In this document: positions 38,198 through 50,776 of the stretch, piece after piece | How the letters are laid out: every line of letters begins with the position of its first letter | How positions within the stretch are numbered: the first letter of the stretch is position 1 | Origin: Mytilus edulis | Taxonomy: Eukaryota | Assembly: GCF_963676685.1 (NCBI RefSeq) | Contig: NC_092345.1 | Span: 49,166,001 to 49,230,000 of the forward strand | DNA length: 64,000 nucleotides | Direction: 5' to 3' | The notes under the pieces: model-generated | What the model saw: the letters and a program-made list of their open reading frames with translations, nothing else | Told to the model about the DNA's origin: nothing | Database searches by the model: none | Translations under genes and position numbers: made by a program

Positions 38198-38722
38198 ATG
38201 GACATGTATGTAAAAGTAATTGTGAAAGAAAACTATGGTATCAGACGACTGATAATGAGGACGCCACACAAATGCCACCAAACGAAGTCACCAACAACCA
38301 TAATTCAATATAAGACCTGTTGAATATAATCAACTTACTATAAGATATAATTTGGTCTGTAAATAGAAGAAATGTAAAGATTTCACAACAGGTTAATTTT
38401 GGGACGTCATCGTAGATTCAGTATCCCTCCGATGGGACCAAAGATAATATCTTGTTTACACTGTATTAATATCTTTGTGTCATTATTTTGGCCGTAAATA
38501 AGGGAAGAATATGTCATGTACTGTAGTAATTGAGTGGGCAAAATTTGTATCTGTGTTTAAAACTAGGTAACAATTTATATATTTTTGCATAAAGATTCTG
38601 AGTACATTTACATTTGTTCCCTAATCATGACGCCTGGATGAGGTAGTAATGTATGTGGTGGCAGCAGTTTCTTTTAAATCATTGCATATACAGAGAGAAT
38701 GATAATTTTGTATGTATATTTA

Positions 38723-39031
38723 GGCAGCAACCATTTGATTTTCGGGGGGGGGGGGGGGGGGGGGCTATGGTTTTTTTTTTGGAAAAAAAAGTTTGTTTCC
38801 AGTTTTTGGAGAAAAAAATAATTTGTTTTTGATTCTGAGAAAAAAAAATTGTTTGTTTCACCCTCAGCTGCCACTATATGTAATGCTAAAATTGAAAGAA
38901 AAAAATTGTTTTCGACTTGTCGCGAAAAAAATAAATTGTTTTTCGGCCCAGGCGAAAAAAAATATTTGTCCAGAAAAAAAACCCATAGCCCCCCCCCCCC
39001 CCCCCCCCCAGAAAATCAAATGGTTGCTGCC
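38723..39031. mobile_element. MITE with long TIRs containing poly-G/poly-C tracts (Kolobok-like)
   Basis: GGCAGCAACCATTTGATTTTC-(G)n-CTATGG / CCATAG-(C)n-AGAAAATCAAATGGTTGCTGCC; flanks TTTA and TTAG. Confidence 0.85.
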
Positions 39032-39335
39032 TTAGCGGTTAAAGTTTGCAGGTACGTGTACGTGAAGTCCATAGTTTTTTCGTGCAGTACTGTCTTGTCA
39101 GATGTCTGGTGTATTAGCATAGTGGATGAAATTTCTACAATGTTATGAACAGTCTTGTAGAATATTTCAATTTATCTTGAATGTATTATATTTTTTTGGT
39201 TTTTTTTTAATGCTGAACCAGTTTAACTTGTTAATATTTCATTTCTGACACGCTGATGTCAGGGATCTTATGGTATCGATCGAGGACCAAATCAATTGTA
39301 ATGTTTATGTCTGCTGAACAGAATGAGATTCCCTA

Positions 39336-39759
39336 AAGCCCGAGTCACACTGTCACGTTTTACTACATTTTAAAATGCTACGTTTCAACTGCGTTTTGAA
39401 TAAAAATGTCCGGTTAAAACTAGGTTTTACTAGTTTTTTTCTACGTACGTTCATATCACAATTTGTTACGTCAAAGTACGTGTAAACCCACGTTTCAACC
39501 ACGCATTGAAACGTTTCGATGCGTAGTAAGTACGTTTTGTTTCGTTCCGCTAAGCTTTGATACGTACTTTCTATGTTTCTACTTCGTTTCAATTTTCACT
39601 ACGTTTGTTGTTAAATTTTCAAAACTTACGGGGCATGTCCCGTTTTAGTCAAAGGATCACTACGCTTCGATACGCTTAGTTACGTATATTCCCGTTCCGC
39701 TACGCTTTCAAAACGTAGTAAAACGTAGCACTTGAAACGTGACATTGTGACTGGGGCTT
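39336..39759. mobile_element. MITE with ~25-bp TIRs and ACGT-rich interior
   Basis: AAGCCCGAGTCACACTGTCACGTTT / AAACGTGACATTGTGACTGGGGCTT flanked by TA (or CTAA/TTAA); superfamily ambiguous. Confidence 0.8.
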
Positions 39760-39967
39760 TAACTGAGCAATAGTACTACTCCCGAACAGGTAACGTTAAA
39801 CAAGTGACATGTATGCCTGACTTTTGATGGTTTTTTTTTTATTTCTTTTTATGAGATAGGAAGCTCAGACATTTGTGATCATTTGATACATTTAGCTATG
39901 ATGTTCTCTATTTACTTTGACCGTTTAGTTTGTTTGTTGTATTATGCCAAGATATATAGCCTAATTA

Positions 39968-40236
39968 CAGCCGATTTTATTGCCGCGTGTAGCCAAAAGC
40001 TAATATGTTTGGTTAGTTTCCTTGTTAGCTGAACCGTGAAGTCCTTGTTAAATTGAGTAAACTACTCTACTTTAAGAGTAGACTAATCCAACAGATATCC
40101 AATCTATCAGTCTGTTGGACTAGGCTTCTTCGAAAGGAGGATAGTATACCTGACCTAATAATGACTTCACAGTTCAGCTAACAAGCAAGCTAACCAAAAA
40201 TATTACCTTTGGCTACACACTCAATAAAATCGGCTG
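39968..40236. mobile_element. Fold-back Tc1/mariner-like MITE
   Basis: TA|CAGCCGATTTTATTG...CAATAAAATCGGCTG|TA; the whole element is an imperfect palindrome. Confidence 0.85.
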
Positions 40237-40819
40237 TAACACATTTAGAAGAAAAAAGTTCATTTTTATTTTGTAATTATTTAAATGAAATCAGCTGCAA
40301 ATATGACATACAATGAATGGTTTTTGTTTGGTCTTGAACCCTGCTAAACATAAGAACGACACACTAAGCCGAATTATCAACATGCTTGGTTGAAACTGAT
40401 CCAACCAATATTAAGAAATGTTTGCTTTAACTCTTAAATATCGCGCGCATGTTACATAGCCAGCAAAGATCATTTTAAAGCTTTTCGTTTGACTCGGTCA
40501 GGGATAGAGCCAATGAGATCTTGCATTTTAAGTGCAACTACAAGATTACTAAGGTTCTTTTTACGACCAATGTGAACAACAAACATCTAGGACATGATCA
40601 ATGTAGAATGCAAGAATGGAGAAAAACAAAAGACGATTGCATTAATTCTAAACACTTACACTAACGTATGCATGTCTTTAAGCTAGTAAGAGGATACAAA
40701 TAAAAAAGGTTACAGAGTTATTTTCTTCTTCTTTTGTCAAATGAAAGTTTGCCATCGGTAATGATCATAATTGTTGGTATTTCCTTACTCTTTCACTACT
40801 CTAAGCTAGATTGTGGCGA

Positions 40820-41022
40820 CCATTTCATTTTGTTAGATGAAGCCAAGGTACTCTGTGAAAACCACCGACCTACCGCTGGAAATCTACCAATCCTAGTCAA
40901 TTGTACTGTAGTAAGATTAGAGTCAAGCGCATCTGCAACGAGAGGGGTTAATTCAAACCGACAACCTCAGTGATGACAGATTTGTTATCCCTGCAGATGA
41001 CCAACTAAGACCACTCGGCTTC
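40820..41022 (-). mobile_element. Degenerate V-type tRNA SINE
   Basis: GCCGAGTGGTCTTAG head, GGTTTGAAT B-box remnant, GGTCGGTGGTTTTC..GAGTACCTTGGCTTC. Confidence 0.6.
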
Positions 41023-42143
41023 CACTTTATATCATGATGTTTTTATAAAAATAACAAAAGTTAATATAATAGAAAAACAAAGGATATGGGATATCTGTTC
41101 ATGACTAAAAATTAGTACACGCACAGAAAAAAAACACACACAAAAAGCAAAGGAACAGCGCTTTTATTGCTTGTTTTCATGCTACCTTTTGTGAGTGACT
41201 GGTATATTTTGAAAGGATTATAAGAATGAAGAGAATTTTTATGAGAATAAATGACAGAATTTTGAAATAATATATTGAGAAAACATCTCTGATAAAATGC
41301 TTTCTAGAAAAACTCAAATCAAATTAGGGTCACCGTACGTGTGTTGTCATTCTAAAACAAAAAACAAAAACCTACTGTAGATTCCTTTGTAAATCTTCAT
41401 TACCTTTTTTTAGACTTGTTTTAAAATAAAAAATAATGAAATCGAAAGAAATTTTGCGTTTGTAAAAACAGTCGTTATAATTAATCAGATATATGAAACC
41501 ACACAGTTGTGCTCATTTCAAAGAAAAGAATTTTAAATGTCTCAAAGTTGCATATTTCATCCGATATCAAGACTGTCGTGTTCTGTTAATTTACGACTCA
41601 AGATGGTGGAGAACCTCGAATTACTTTACGCAAACTCTCAGTCAAAATCACATATATCCAATATTTCAAAAATTAATAAACACTGAGAAAAAAAATACAT
41701 TTTACTTAATCTCTAAACAATATCTATGAATTATGTAAAGGACTATGGAAATTATAACAACAAGACTGATTTACTTTTTAAGTACTGGTGATTTGTATAC
41801 CTAAATGAACAGAGTATCACACAACACGGTCTGTACCCCTATATACATCAAAATCCGTTCTTTTGTAGCAGTTATAACAGATAATTCTGGTGTATACATA
41901 TGCATAGTTGACTTTTAATGACGTAAGCATCTTAAGTGAGCAGTAACTTGCAGAGTCATTGTTTACTATTTAACTAATGACACTAATAGGAACAAAACAT
42001 CATTACACACAAAGCAATCTGTTAGAGTTTCTGAGAAATCTACCAAGCCTCTATGAATAAGGCGAAATAAAACTTTTCTATGGAAACCATAATAATCATT
42101 CTAATGTAAACAAATAAGTGGATTTTATGTTAATATTCACCGT

Positions 42144-43739
42144 TCAAACAACAGTCGTTACAGGGTTGCAGTCTGAAAAACGTCCATTTGACATAGGAGT
42201 CGTGGATTCGAAACTCACCATACTATAAAAAATAACAATTTGAAAAGCCATACATAGCCATAAAATAAGAAGTGAAAAATTGTTCATTAGTCTTATGCCA
42301 TATGAATCGTTTTCTTCCTTGCAACAACTACAATCACAAGAAAATGCTTTAAGCAATGATGCGCACCAAGTTTTTGGAGTGTATCTACACATTTTACACC
42401 CAAGTGTACAACAGCAAAGAGGACATGGCATATCGCACATGCAGCAGCATTCTTTTGGTTGTATCTTGCAAAAATATTCCTTGTTTCGGCAACAACAGCA
42501 GCGCCAGCACAGATTGCAACACCCGTCCTCTCCTCCAATTGTGTCAAAACTCGTGACAAACCGAAGTGTCATGGAAATACATGCGCTGATAGAAGCCAAC
42601 AATGCATAAAGGTTCACGTGAGGCTTTAGCTTATCACAATCACACAAAAAGAAATAAATAGTAAATAGTATGTTTTGCGGAAGTTCTTCGAAAAACATAA
42701 CAAAACATATTTCACTTTGACCTTGCAAAATTTGGAAAAAGTTTGGTTTCCTCTTTTTAATAATTTCCATAACAATGTTTATTACTTGCAAGATTGACAG
42801 CAGTGATCCAAGGAGAGAAAAAACAGCCGCCAGAGTCCAAACATCATTCGTGTTACTACACATCGATGTATCGATTGCTAATATATCGAGCTTAAATGTC
42901 TTGTTGATCACTCTACAATTCGCCTTACACATTCCAGATTCAAAATCACTTGATGTGCCAAGGAACTGAATTGGTCCAGAACTTGCAAGCAACCAATCAT
43001 TGACTAGATCCCATATAATGAAAAAAATCACTAAAATACGAATCGTAACGAAAGTGCTGGTTGACATTTCTGTCTTCTTCTTTGAGATGTCTATGCTCGT
43101 ATCGGAACCACGCCTGCTTTTATGCGGTTCTGTATAAACAGGTTCAAGGGATCTGTGCCAAGACGGTACATTGCCATAGTCTACAACACTATTTGCAACA
43201 GATCTCGGTTGTCTTGAACTTCGGTATATATCGTCAATACTACCACTTTCAACGGCTCTCGGTATTTCCCAATTACTTGACTGTCTGGTACCTGGCTCAG
43301 ATAGAACTCCTCTCCCTCTGTATATTTGCATACCAGGTCCACTCCTTGATTCTACAACTGCTGATCTCTGATCGTACGGTCGTCTCTCATATCTTCTGCC
43401 ATTATAAGCAGAATATCCATGATTATCTTGACCTATATTTTCCGTTGCAGCGATACTTCTTCTGTCATAGTCAGGTCCCATGAATCTGGTTTCCTCGTTG
43501 TCGCTATATAGTGGGTTTGTTCGTCGCACTGCTGGTCCATGTAGTCCACTTTCACTCTGAACGGGCAATGGGATGCCATTTGCAAGGTAGTTATTTCCTA
43601 AGGGACGTCCATTATATTGTTCTGTTCTATGATCTCGCCAAGAATTTTCATTTCTACCATATTGATATGGAGACCGATCATCTAGGCTCCCTTGACCATT
43701 TTCTTCATTCCATCGGCGTGTGAACTCTTCCCTATACAT
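42144..43739 (-). CDS. Multi-pass membrane protein, divergent XK-related (XKR/CED-8)-like, with long disordered N-terminus and Cys-rich loop (about 531 aa)
   Basis: Long ORF. A splice acceptor (TTTTACAG) precedes 43808 and the first ATG is at 43739 (MYREEF). About 5 hydrophobic helices, with motifs WDLVNDW and EICFVMFFEELPQNILFTIYF resembling the XK-family DxxxD and ExxxxExxPQ motifs. Confidence 0.85.
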   Translation of the reverse strand: MYREEFTRRWNEENGQGSLDDRSPYQYGRNENSWRDHRTEQYNGRPLGNNYLANGIPLPVQSESGLHGPAVRRTNPLYSDNEETRFMGPDYDRRSIAATENIGQDNHGYSAYNGRRYERRPYDQRSAVVESRSGPGMQIYRGRGVLSEPGTRQSSNWEIPRAVESGSIDDIYRSSRQPRSVANSVVDYGNVPSWHRSLEPVYTEPHKSRRGSDTSIDISKKKTEMSTSTFVTIRILVIFFIIWDLVNDWLLASSGPIQFLGTSSDFESGMCKANCRVINKTFKLDILAIDTSMCSNTNDVWTLAAVFSLLGSLLSILQVINIVMEIIKKRKPNFFQILQGQSEICFVMFFEELPQNILFTIYFFLCDCDKLKPHVNLYALLASISACISMTLRFVTSFDTIGGEDGCCNLCWRCCCCRNKEYFCKIQPKECCCMCDMPCPLCCCTLGCKMCRYTPKTWCASLLKAFSCDCSCCKEENDSYGIRLMNNFSLLILWLCMAFQIVIFYSMVSFESTTPMSNGRFSDCNPVTTVV

Positions 43740-44949
43740 TCTTTGTCGTCTGCAATTGCAAAATGGCGATTTAAACAAGGAAGAACATATAGTTGGACTG
43801 TATTTTATCTGTAAAAGGTGTGTCACCGTAATTTACAACTGATAACACAGTCGATTGTATTTGCGTTGGTCGTTCAGATATGTCTGTTACATAAACTGAT
43901 AACTTTATTGAACAATTTAGTTTTGATATTTACAATCTAAAACCAATATCTCAGAAAAACAAATATCTTGTTCGATTAAGAAATCCGAAATATCCGTGAT
44001 CAAATGTGAGGGTGTTTGTATTACGTGCCTACTTGATGCCAATTTTCTGTTTAGAAAATATAATATATATAGTTATGTAATATGCAAATGACACATTTGT
44101 GCTTATGTGTCTAAATGGAAATAAACAATTAAGAACTATACCATGTGCAGATATAGTCAAATACAGAGACAAGAATTAAAAGAACTCATTTTAATCATAA
44201 TTAAGAAGCGAAAACAAACAAATAGCACATTGTATTGAATGACACAACATTTCTTTAATGTTCATTGATTTGTATCTGAAAGACAATACATTTGTTTTTC
44301 GTTCATTTTTTTTTTATATAAATAAGGCCGTTAGTTTTCTCGTTGGATAACTGCGAGTACTCTCAGATCTGTTCCTAGTGTCTTTTTGTTGTCGTGATGT
44401 ACAAGTACCCGGTCACGTCCACTTGTATTTTTGTCCATCTGATGAGTTAAGCCTTTTCAACTGATTTTTATAGTTCGTTCTGATGTTGTTCTGTTATACC
44501 ACAGTCCCAGGGTTGGGATCCCCTGCGTACGGTGACCTATAGTTGTTAATGTCTGTGTCATTTTGGTCTCTTGTGGATAGTTGTTTCATTGGCAATCATA
44601 CCACATCTTCTTTTTTATATTTGTTTATACGGAATCCTTGCAAGGTCTACGTACATGTCCATCTGACAGGATTCGGCTGACCTCAGCCTCGTTCATCTAT
44701 CGGTGATCATAATTAAGTTTTCGTATCTAAATTATTATAAGCAATAGGTCAAATATATTTGGTGTATGGAATGATTGAAAGGTGAACAGTCATGTTTTAT
44801 TTGACGTGTTTTTCATGGTTCATTTGAAAATGTTAAGTTTTTTTTATGTGTTTGGTTTTTTTTCTCAGGTCAGTTACTGTAAGCAATTATAGGGGTACTA
44901 TATTTGGTGTAAATAATGAATTTAAGGTGCTTATGTCTGTCTAACATTT

Positions 44950-45275
44950 ATAGTGGATTTGGAAACAAGTTATTGCAACTTATATTTCCAACTTTGCGGG
45001 TGCGAGTGCTGCCTTGTAGCGGCCTTAGCCTACTCTTTTTTCGAAATCTACAAAGGTGTATTTTACGTGCCAGAGATATGGCTCTCTCTTCGCACGGGTC
45101 AGCCATTTATCGTCCCCAAGTTCCGACGGACTATCATCGTTTCCTCAAGACCATACTCGCAAATGGTGTTAAGGGAGCCGAACATTCATTCTATGAAATT
45201 TTCACCCCGGAACGGGGATCGAACCAGGAACCTTAATGTTAGTAGTCCGATGCGCTAACCACTACACCACGGCTC
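44950..45275 (-). mobile_element. tRNA-derived SINE with Meta-type central domain
   Basis: Head GAGCCGTGGTGTAGTGGTTAGC (A box) ... GGTTCGATCCCC (B box). Core GTCCGTCGGA..GGGACGATAAA..GCACGTAAAA..TTCGAAAAAGAGTAGG. Confidence 0.8.
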
Positions 45276-47028
45276 TTCTGTAATATTAGGCCAAATGCAA
45301 TCTACATCTACTAACTATGCTGTATATTATTTGTTATCTACGTCTCTCTGACAGATTTTGACTGACTTTGACCTCATTTACATCATAATGTTAAGTGTTT
45401 GTAATACTTGAGGTAAAACCTTCATATAACTATACAGATTTCAACATAAATTCAATCATTAAAGCAGGCTTGACATTTCAGCGTGTGCACTCTCGTTTGA
45501 TTAAGTACTTACAAGAGTGTAAAATTTCAACAATAAATCTTGTCCAAATTTTTTTTTTAATGAAGTTTTTACCACTTTTTCTATGTCTGTGTTCCTGCAG
45601 ATAAAGTTTCGGTTTCTCCTGCAGATAAAGTTTCGGTTTAATAGGGGAAATTACGTGAGATATTTGCACTTAAGAAGAAGACATCGGTACGCTAGGATAA
45701 TTTTTAAAGAAAAGAAATATTAGAAGTATTGTAATGCCAATAGGAGGCTATGTCTGTGACCATTGGCACTAACTTCAGGCTAGCATTGCATACATTTGTT
45801 GACATTTCTATACCCTGAAATGCCCATGTTCAACCAGGAGTATAATTTCAAGTTTGTATGTTGCTCATGCAGTTTGAATATTATACATGAACCTTAATTT
45901 GTGTAGACTGGCACAGTAACATATTTCGACAATGAAACAAGATTTCATTTTGCATCTTCCTGTTTGAGTGATCTTTTAACGATGACTTGCATTTGTGGTC
46001 TGTAACCCTTGTCTAAACCTGTTGCTGACTTACATTATTTGTTAAAGTATTATAAATATTACAGCACTCTGTAGAACTTCGTTTTTACCAAATCTTTCTT
46101 TGTGTACTTGTCAAAGGATAGTTTTTACGTATAAAAAATCTACACATATTATGTGTATCAAAAGCATTTTTTTTTTAATAATGTGCACGTCTAAATCAGT
46201 ATTGTCAATTTAAATACACTTAACTGATAAACTCGTAATTATAAAAAAAAAAACACCAGTTGTTTCTTTTATTAAAGAATCATTAGAACTGAGGAAAGTA
46301 GACCAATAACATGTATATTATTACTGTCAAGTTTTTCTTATGATTGTTTTTGCTATGTATTTGCTATAACCAAAATTGGTGTTTGTTTTTCAAATGAAGT
46401 ATTGTCAATATTATGAATAAGAATACTAAGATGATAAATAAGTTGCATGAATTGTATCTAAATTAACTGTTTCAATTTGTCTTGTGGATGGATCTAAAAC
46501 TTATTTATTCTTAGACTTAACGGGGGTTCGTTCAAAAAAGTGTGTACCAAGTTAAAATAGAATGAATGAAAAAATACAAGTGTGTGTCAAGTTAGAATAG
46601 AATGAATGAAAAAAAGAAGTGAACAGCCCTATACTTTTGCATTTCCACAAATGGTACCTGATAATTCTCAGTAATTGATCAGATCGGACTCAGTTTCTCT
46701 CTTCCATAGACTGAACTCCATGCTGAGCAAAATAAGAAATATATTTCATTTTTCACATTTCAGTACATATGCAGCTGATAACAGATCTTGGAATTTTGCA
46801 ATTTGCAAGTAGATAAAGTCAGGTATTAAAGTGTGTCACACATAAATTACTTTGTCAAACTTGCATAACATTTTTTTAAACTTGAGTCGAAGTTTTTTTA
46901 TGACTAAATTCTTAAATAAAATTTGAACAAATATTTTCTTTTGTCATCTAACGAAGGACAGCCGGTTTACATTTTTTGCAGATAACATTATTAAAAAGAC
47001 AGTTTATGATTACCTTTTTTACTAGTCT

Positions 47029-47220
47029 GCTAGTATATCAGGAATTGTAATTCTACCAAGTAATTAGAGGAATGGCTGCTAGTATATCAGGTATTGTAAT
47101 ACTATCAAGTAATTAGAGGAATGGCCGCTAGTATATCAGGTATTGTAATACTATCAAGGAATTAGAGGAATGGCTGCTAGTATATCAGGTATTGTAATTC
47201 TATCAAGGAATTAGAGGAAT
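47029..47220. repeat. 49-bp minisatellite, about 4 copies
   Basis: GCTAGTATATCAGGWATTGTAATWCTAYCAAGKAATTAGAGGAATGGCY starting at 47029, 47078, 47127 and 47176. Confidence 0.95.
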
Positions 47221-47399
47221 ACTTTTTTACATGATGGTTTTGTAAACCTGGTCGGAAGAAGCTAGCCTAATTTAACTTGTCTGGATGATCAAGGAATAGC
47301 GATTTAACTTTTTGTTTTTGTATTTTACTTATAAATGTTTACAATTAACTTTAGACATATATTTTATTATACTTTTAAACAACAAACAATGTTAAACTG

Positions 47400-47790
47400 G
47401 CCGGCTTTCCATGTGCTTATGAACACGTGTTATATGTAAACATAACCTTTGAACTTTCAAGAAAGCTGATAGAAACGTAACTACCATTGGTTAATCGACC
47501 GCTATTTTCCCACGTGGTATGAAAAACCGATAACAATAGAAGAAATGAAAAGTGTGCCAGGATATTGTTAATAAACGTCCAATATGCCAAATTAAGGGAC
47601 ACGTATTCATGCTATAACTAAGTGTAATATTTAGAATTTGAAGACACACACATGGCAGGATTTAAATTAGGAGTTATCCGGTTAGGAAAAGCGGCAGGAA
47701 AAGTAAGTGATGCTCCCAGTTCCGTTCACCGGAACATGAATGAAACATGGCGCTTTGTTGACATAGTAAACAATATTTGCTTAAGGAACA
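47400..47790. promoter_or_regulatory. Probable ZMYND19 promoter / 5' region
   Basis: Locally CpG-retaining segment around exon 1. E-boxes CACGTG at 47424 and 47511, ETS-like CCGGAA near 47729, YY1-like AACATGGCG at 47744. Confidence 0.45.
47652..47702 (+). CDS. ZMYND19: Zinc finger MYND domain-containing protein 19, exon 1 of 6 (229 aa total)
   Basis: MAGFKLGVIRLGKAAGK|GTAAGT matches the N-terminus of vertebrate ZMYND19 (MTDFKLGIVRLGRVAGK, from recall). Confidence 0.92.
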
Positions 47791-50776
47791 CGTCGAATTA
47801 ATAAAAAGCACAATTAATGAATTGCCAAATGTTGTCATTTCCTTCATGTACAGAATTACAATGAAATGTGCTTACTGTTTTTTTTTATTTAACAGTGACC
47901 TCTTGCGACACCTCCCCCTTTTTACACGCAGGTATGATGTATAAATTCGATCTTTAATATCTTACACACTATTATGCTGAAAATATCCTTCCAAGACGAA
48001 TTAGTATCGATCGAGATTCTTTAGAGAAAGAGAAGGGACCAAAATTTCTGCTTCTTTGTTGAGTATTTTAAAGGTTCCCAATCATAGTAATATCAGAGAC
48101 ATATAATACAATTTATATATTATATGTCTGGTAATATATTAGTTTTATTGTTCTCAGAACCACAGGGACTTGTCGCTGACTCTCAAAAATACCTACATAT
48201 GTTATACCTATTAAACTGTCCTAAAGTATATATTAAGAGATACAGAAATTTATTTAGAAACCAGTGGTTTTTATAATTTCTACAGATTCTTTATATTTTT
48301 TTGTCCAGTAAACTCTTTCTTTTATATTTTTAGCATCCCATTGTTCTCTATTCTTTACATGTATATGTAAGACCTATTTTTCTCTATTCTCTTTGTCAAA
48401 TGGTGTCTATAGAAGTGTTAATGCATGCTCAACATGCTTCAAGTCCAATGAAATACAATGAAATATGCATTATCAATACTTTAATATGTCATTGTTTCAC
48501 AATCTGAAAATTAAGATGTAATACATGTACAAATACAATGCATATGATCATGACCCTTCTACGTCATTTGGTGTTTTGTGGACAGTTGTCTCATTGGCAA
48601 TCATACCATATCTTCTTATAAATTTTACATAAAGAATTTATTACAAATGTGTAAAATTAAATTGATATTTAATTTCGAATGTATATATTGATCTTTGAAA
48701 ATTTGAAATTTAATCAATTATTTAAAAATTTACAGTCACACAAAGGCTTTTTGATATACAATTCAGCTGCTGTTATTAGGTCAATAATGTCTTTTTCTTC
48801 CCCTCAGCAATCAATTAGCAATACTAGAAATGAACATCTGTCACAGGTAAACATATGTTGGTTACACCTCTGGTTGGTGTATAACTGTCAATTACATTAA
48901 TAAAGTAATCATGGTAATATAAAGCCATTATGAACCAGGACATTGTTATTTTACAAACATACATTTACTGTTGACTTAAGTTGTAAAGTAAATGTTTATT
49001 TTATTTGTCAGAAAGCAATATAATTTGATATAGCAAAGTCAAATTCTAAAATTTATATAAACATGATAAATTTTGAGAGAATGTTATATTGATGAGTGTT
49101 TTTTTTTAGTACTTTCTTGATAGAATGTCATTTACTGTTCTGAAATCTTGTGCATGAAAAAAGTAGGAATCTGAAATTTTACAGTTTCTAACCTTTTACA
49201 TTTTATAGACAATCATTTTCTTTACTTAAAATACATACATGTAGCTGTTTAACTTCATATAATCATTGATGAATATTGTGTGTAGTTGCCTTTGACTACT
49301 TTATAAAATGGTCCATTATCCTCATAATGGCAAAACAATTGATGTAATTGTGAGGATGTGGTTGGGGTTTACAGAAAAGAAAATATTTGGTAAAAAATTA
49401 AATAAAGAGAGAAAAATATTCCTTAGAATAAAAAAAATAGAGAATAATGAGGTGCTAAAACACAAAGAATAGAGAAAATGTTTTGCCCCCCCCCCCTGAA
49501 ATAAAGACCCCCCTATGATGATGAGTATCCAGACCCTCAATTATCTTCTTTCTATAAAACGAAAATGCATCATTAACAATTGAGATTCAGCCCTGTAAAA
49601 ATAATCATGCCAGGAAAATATAAAAGTATTGACATGTACAGGACTGTCCTAGATTTGGATGTCTTTTGAACAAAGATTAATGATTTTTTGAATGACTACT
49701 ACTAGTATAGGAATATTTTTATTCCTGACCTTTAAACATTGAATCATGACATTATTATAATCCTCTTTTCATAGTACTGTGACAGTCACTGATAAATAGA
49801 CATTGTCTATGGTCATACTAAAATTAAGCATCCTTATGTTTAAGATACAGTCACTACCGTGTATTATTGATAAAGATGGGGTTGTTAAAAAAAGATATTT
49901 CACAAAAGAATGAAAAATTGATTTCTGTGAAAAATTTATTCCTGAATGGTGCATTTTTTTTGAAGCACTATATACAATGCTTATTACATGTACAAATGTA
50001 CCACAAAACTCATATCAACTTCAAATTTGGGCAGCATCACGTTCATTGTTCTTGATTTATGTCCTTTTATGAGGTTTCGCAAGCCAGGCACCATCTGTGT
50101 TCCACATTCATCAATTATCTAGAATTGAAATTAACTTGAATTGAATTTTCCCAACTAATTTGTAGGAAGATCCTAATTTACCTTTAATCTTATCATATTT
50201 ATTACCATAATCCTCTTTCCATTGTTTGGACAATCATTGATAAATAGACATTGTCTACATGTAAATCTATAATCAAACTAAGCTTTGATAATAAGCATCC
50301 TTATTACTATTAGAATTTAGTAAAGCTTATAATCACTGGCTAATCCTAGATAAGATTGCAGGTGACATTTATGCAGATGAGGGTTTTTAAGGAGAGTCTT
50401 TGCAGCAAATACATATAATATTAGGGGCGGAATTTATAAGGTTTACAGGGGGCCTGCCTCTCACTTTTGTCGGAAATATTTGGTTGATTATTTAGGGAAT
50501 TACTGAAACATGATTGGAGTGGGCCGACCCTGTCCCCTTATGAAAACTTCTTGATCCCCCACTGAATATAAAACTGACTTTTTACAATCATTGAAAAATA
50601 ACTTCTTGTCTTGAATGGTTCATTTTGCATGCGTTTAAATGCACATGTAACATAGCAAATAATGACATTTTAAAACAAAAAAATATAAGACAAAAAAAGT
50701 GTAATTTTGCCTGCAAAAAAACAAACTATTATTTCCCTTTCATCATATTTTGTTAATATTCAAGACATCTTTCATT

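Noticed and set aside
38674-39148. Poly-Pro ORFs on both strands
   Set aside because: They arise from the poly-G/C tracts of a MITE.
42280-43723. Several plus-strand and alternate-frame ORFs overlapping the XK-like gene (likewise 35851-36127 and 27892-28137)
   Set aside because: Shadow ORFs of real coding sequence.
43740-43826. N-terminal extension MTHLLQ... of the 560-aa ORF
   Set aside because: It starts at GTG and spans a splice acceptor (CCTTTTACAG); the first residues are probably intronic.
45195-45275. tRNA gene
   Set aside because: A and B boxes are present but the 3' acceptor stem is missing and the sequence continues into a Meta-type SINE body; it is a SINE head.
47029-47220. CRISPR-like array
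   Set aside because: Head-to-tail 49-bp units without unique spacers, in a eukaryotic context with no cas genes; an ordinary minisatellite.
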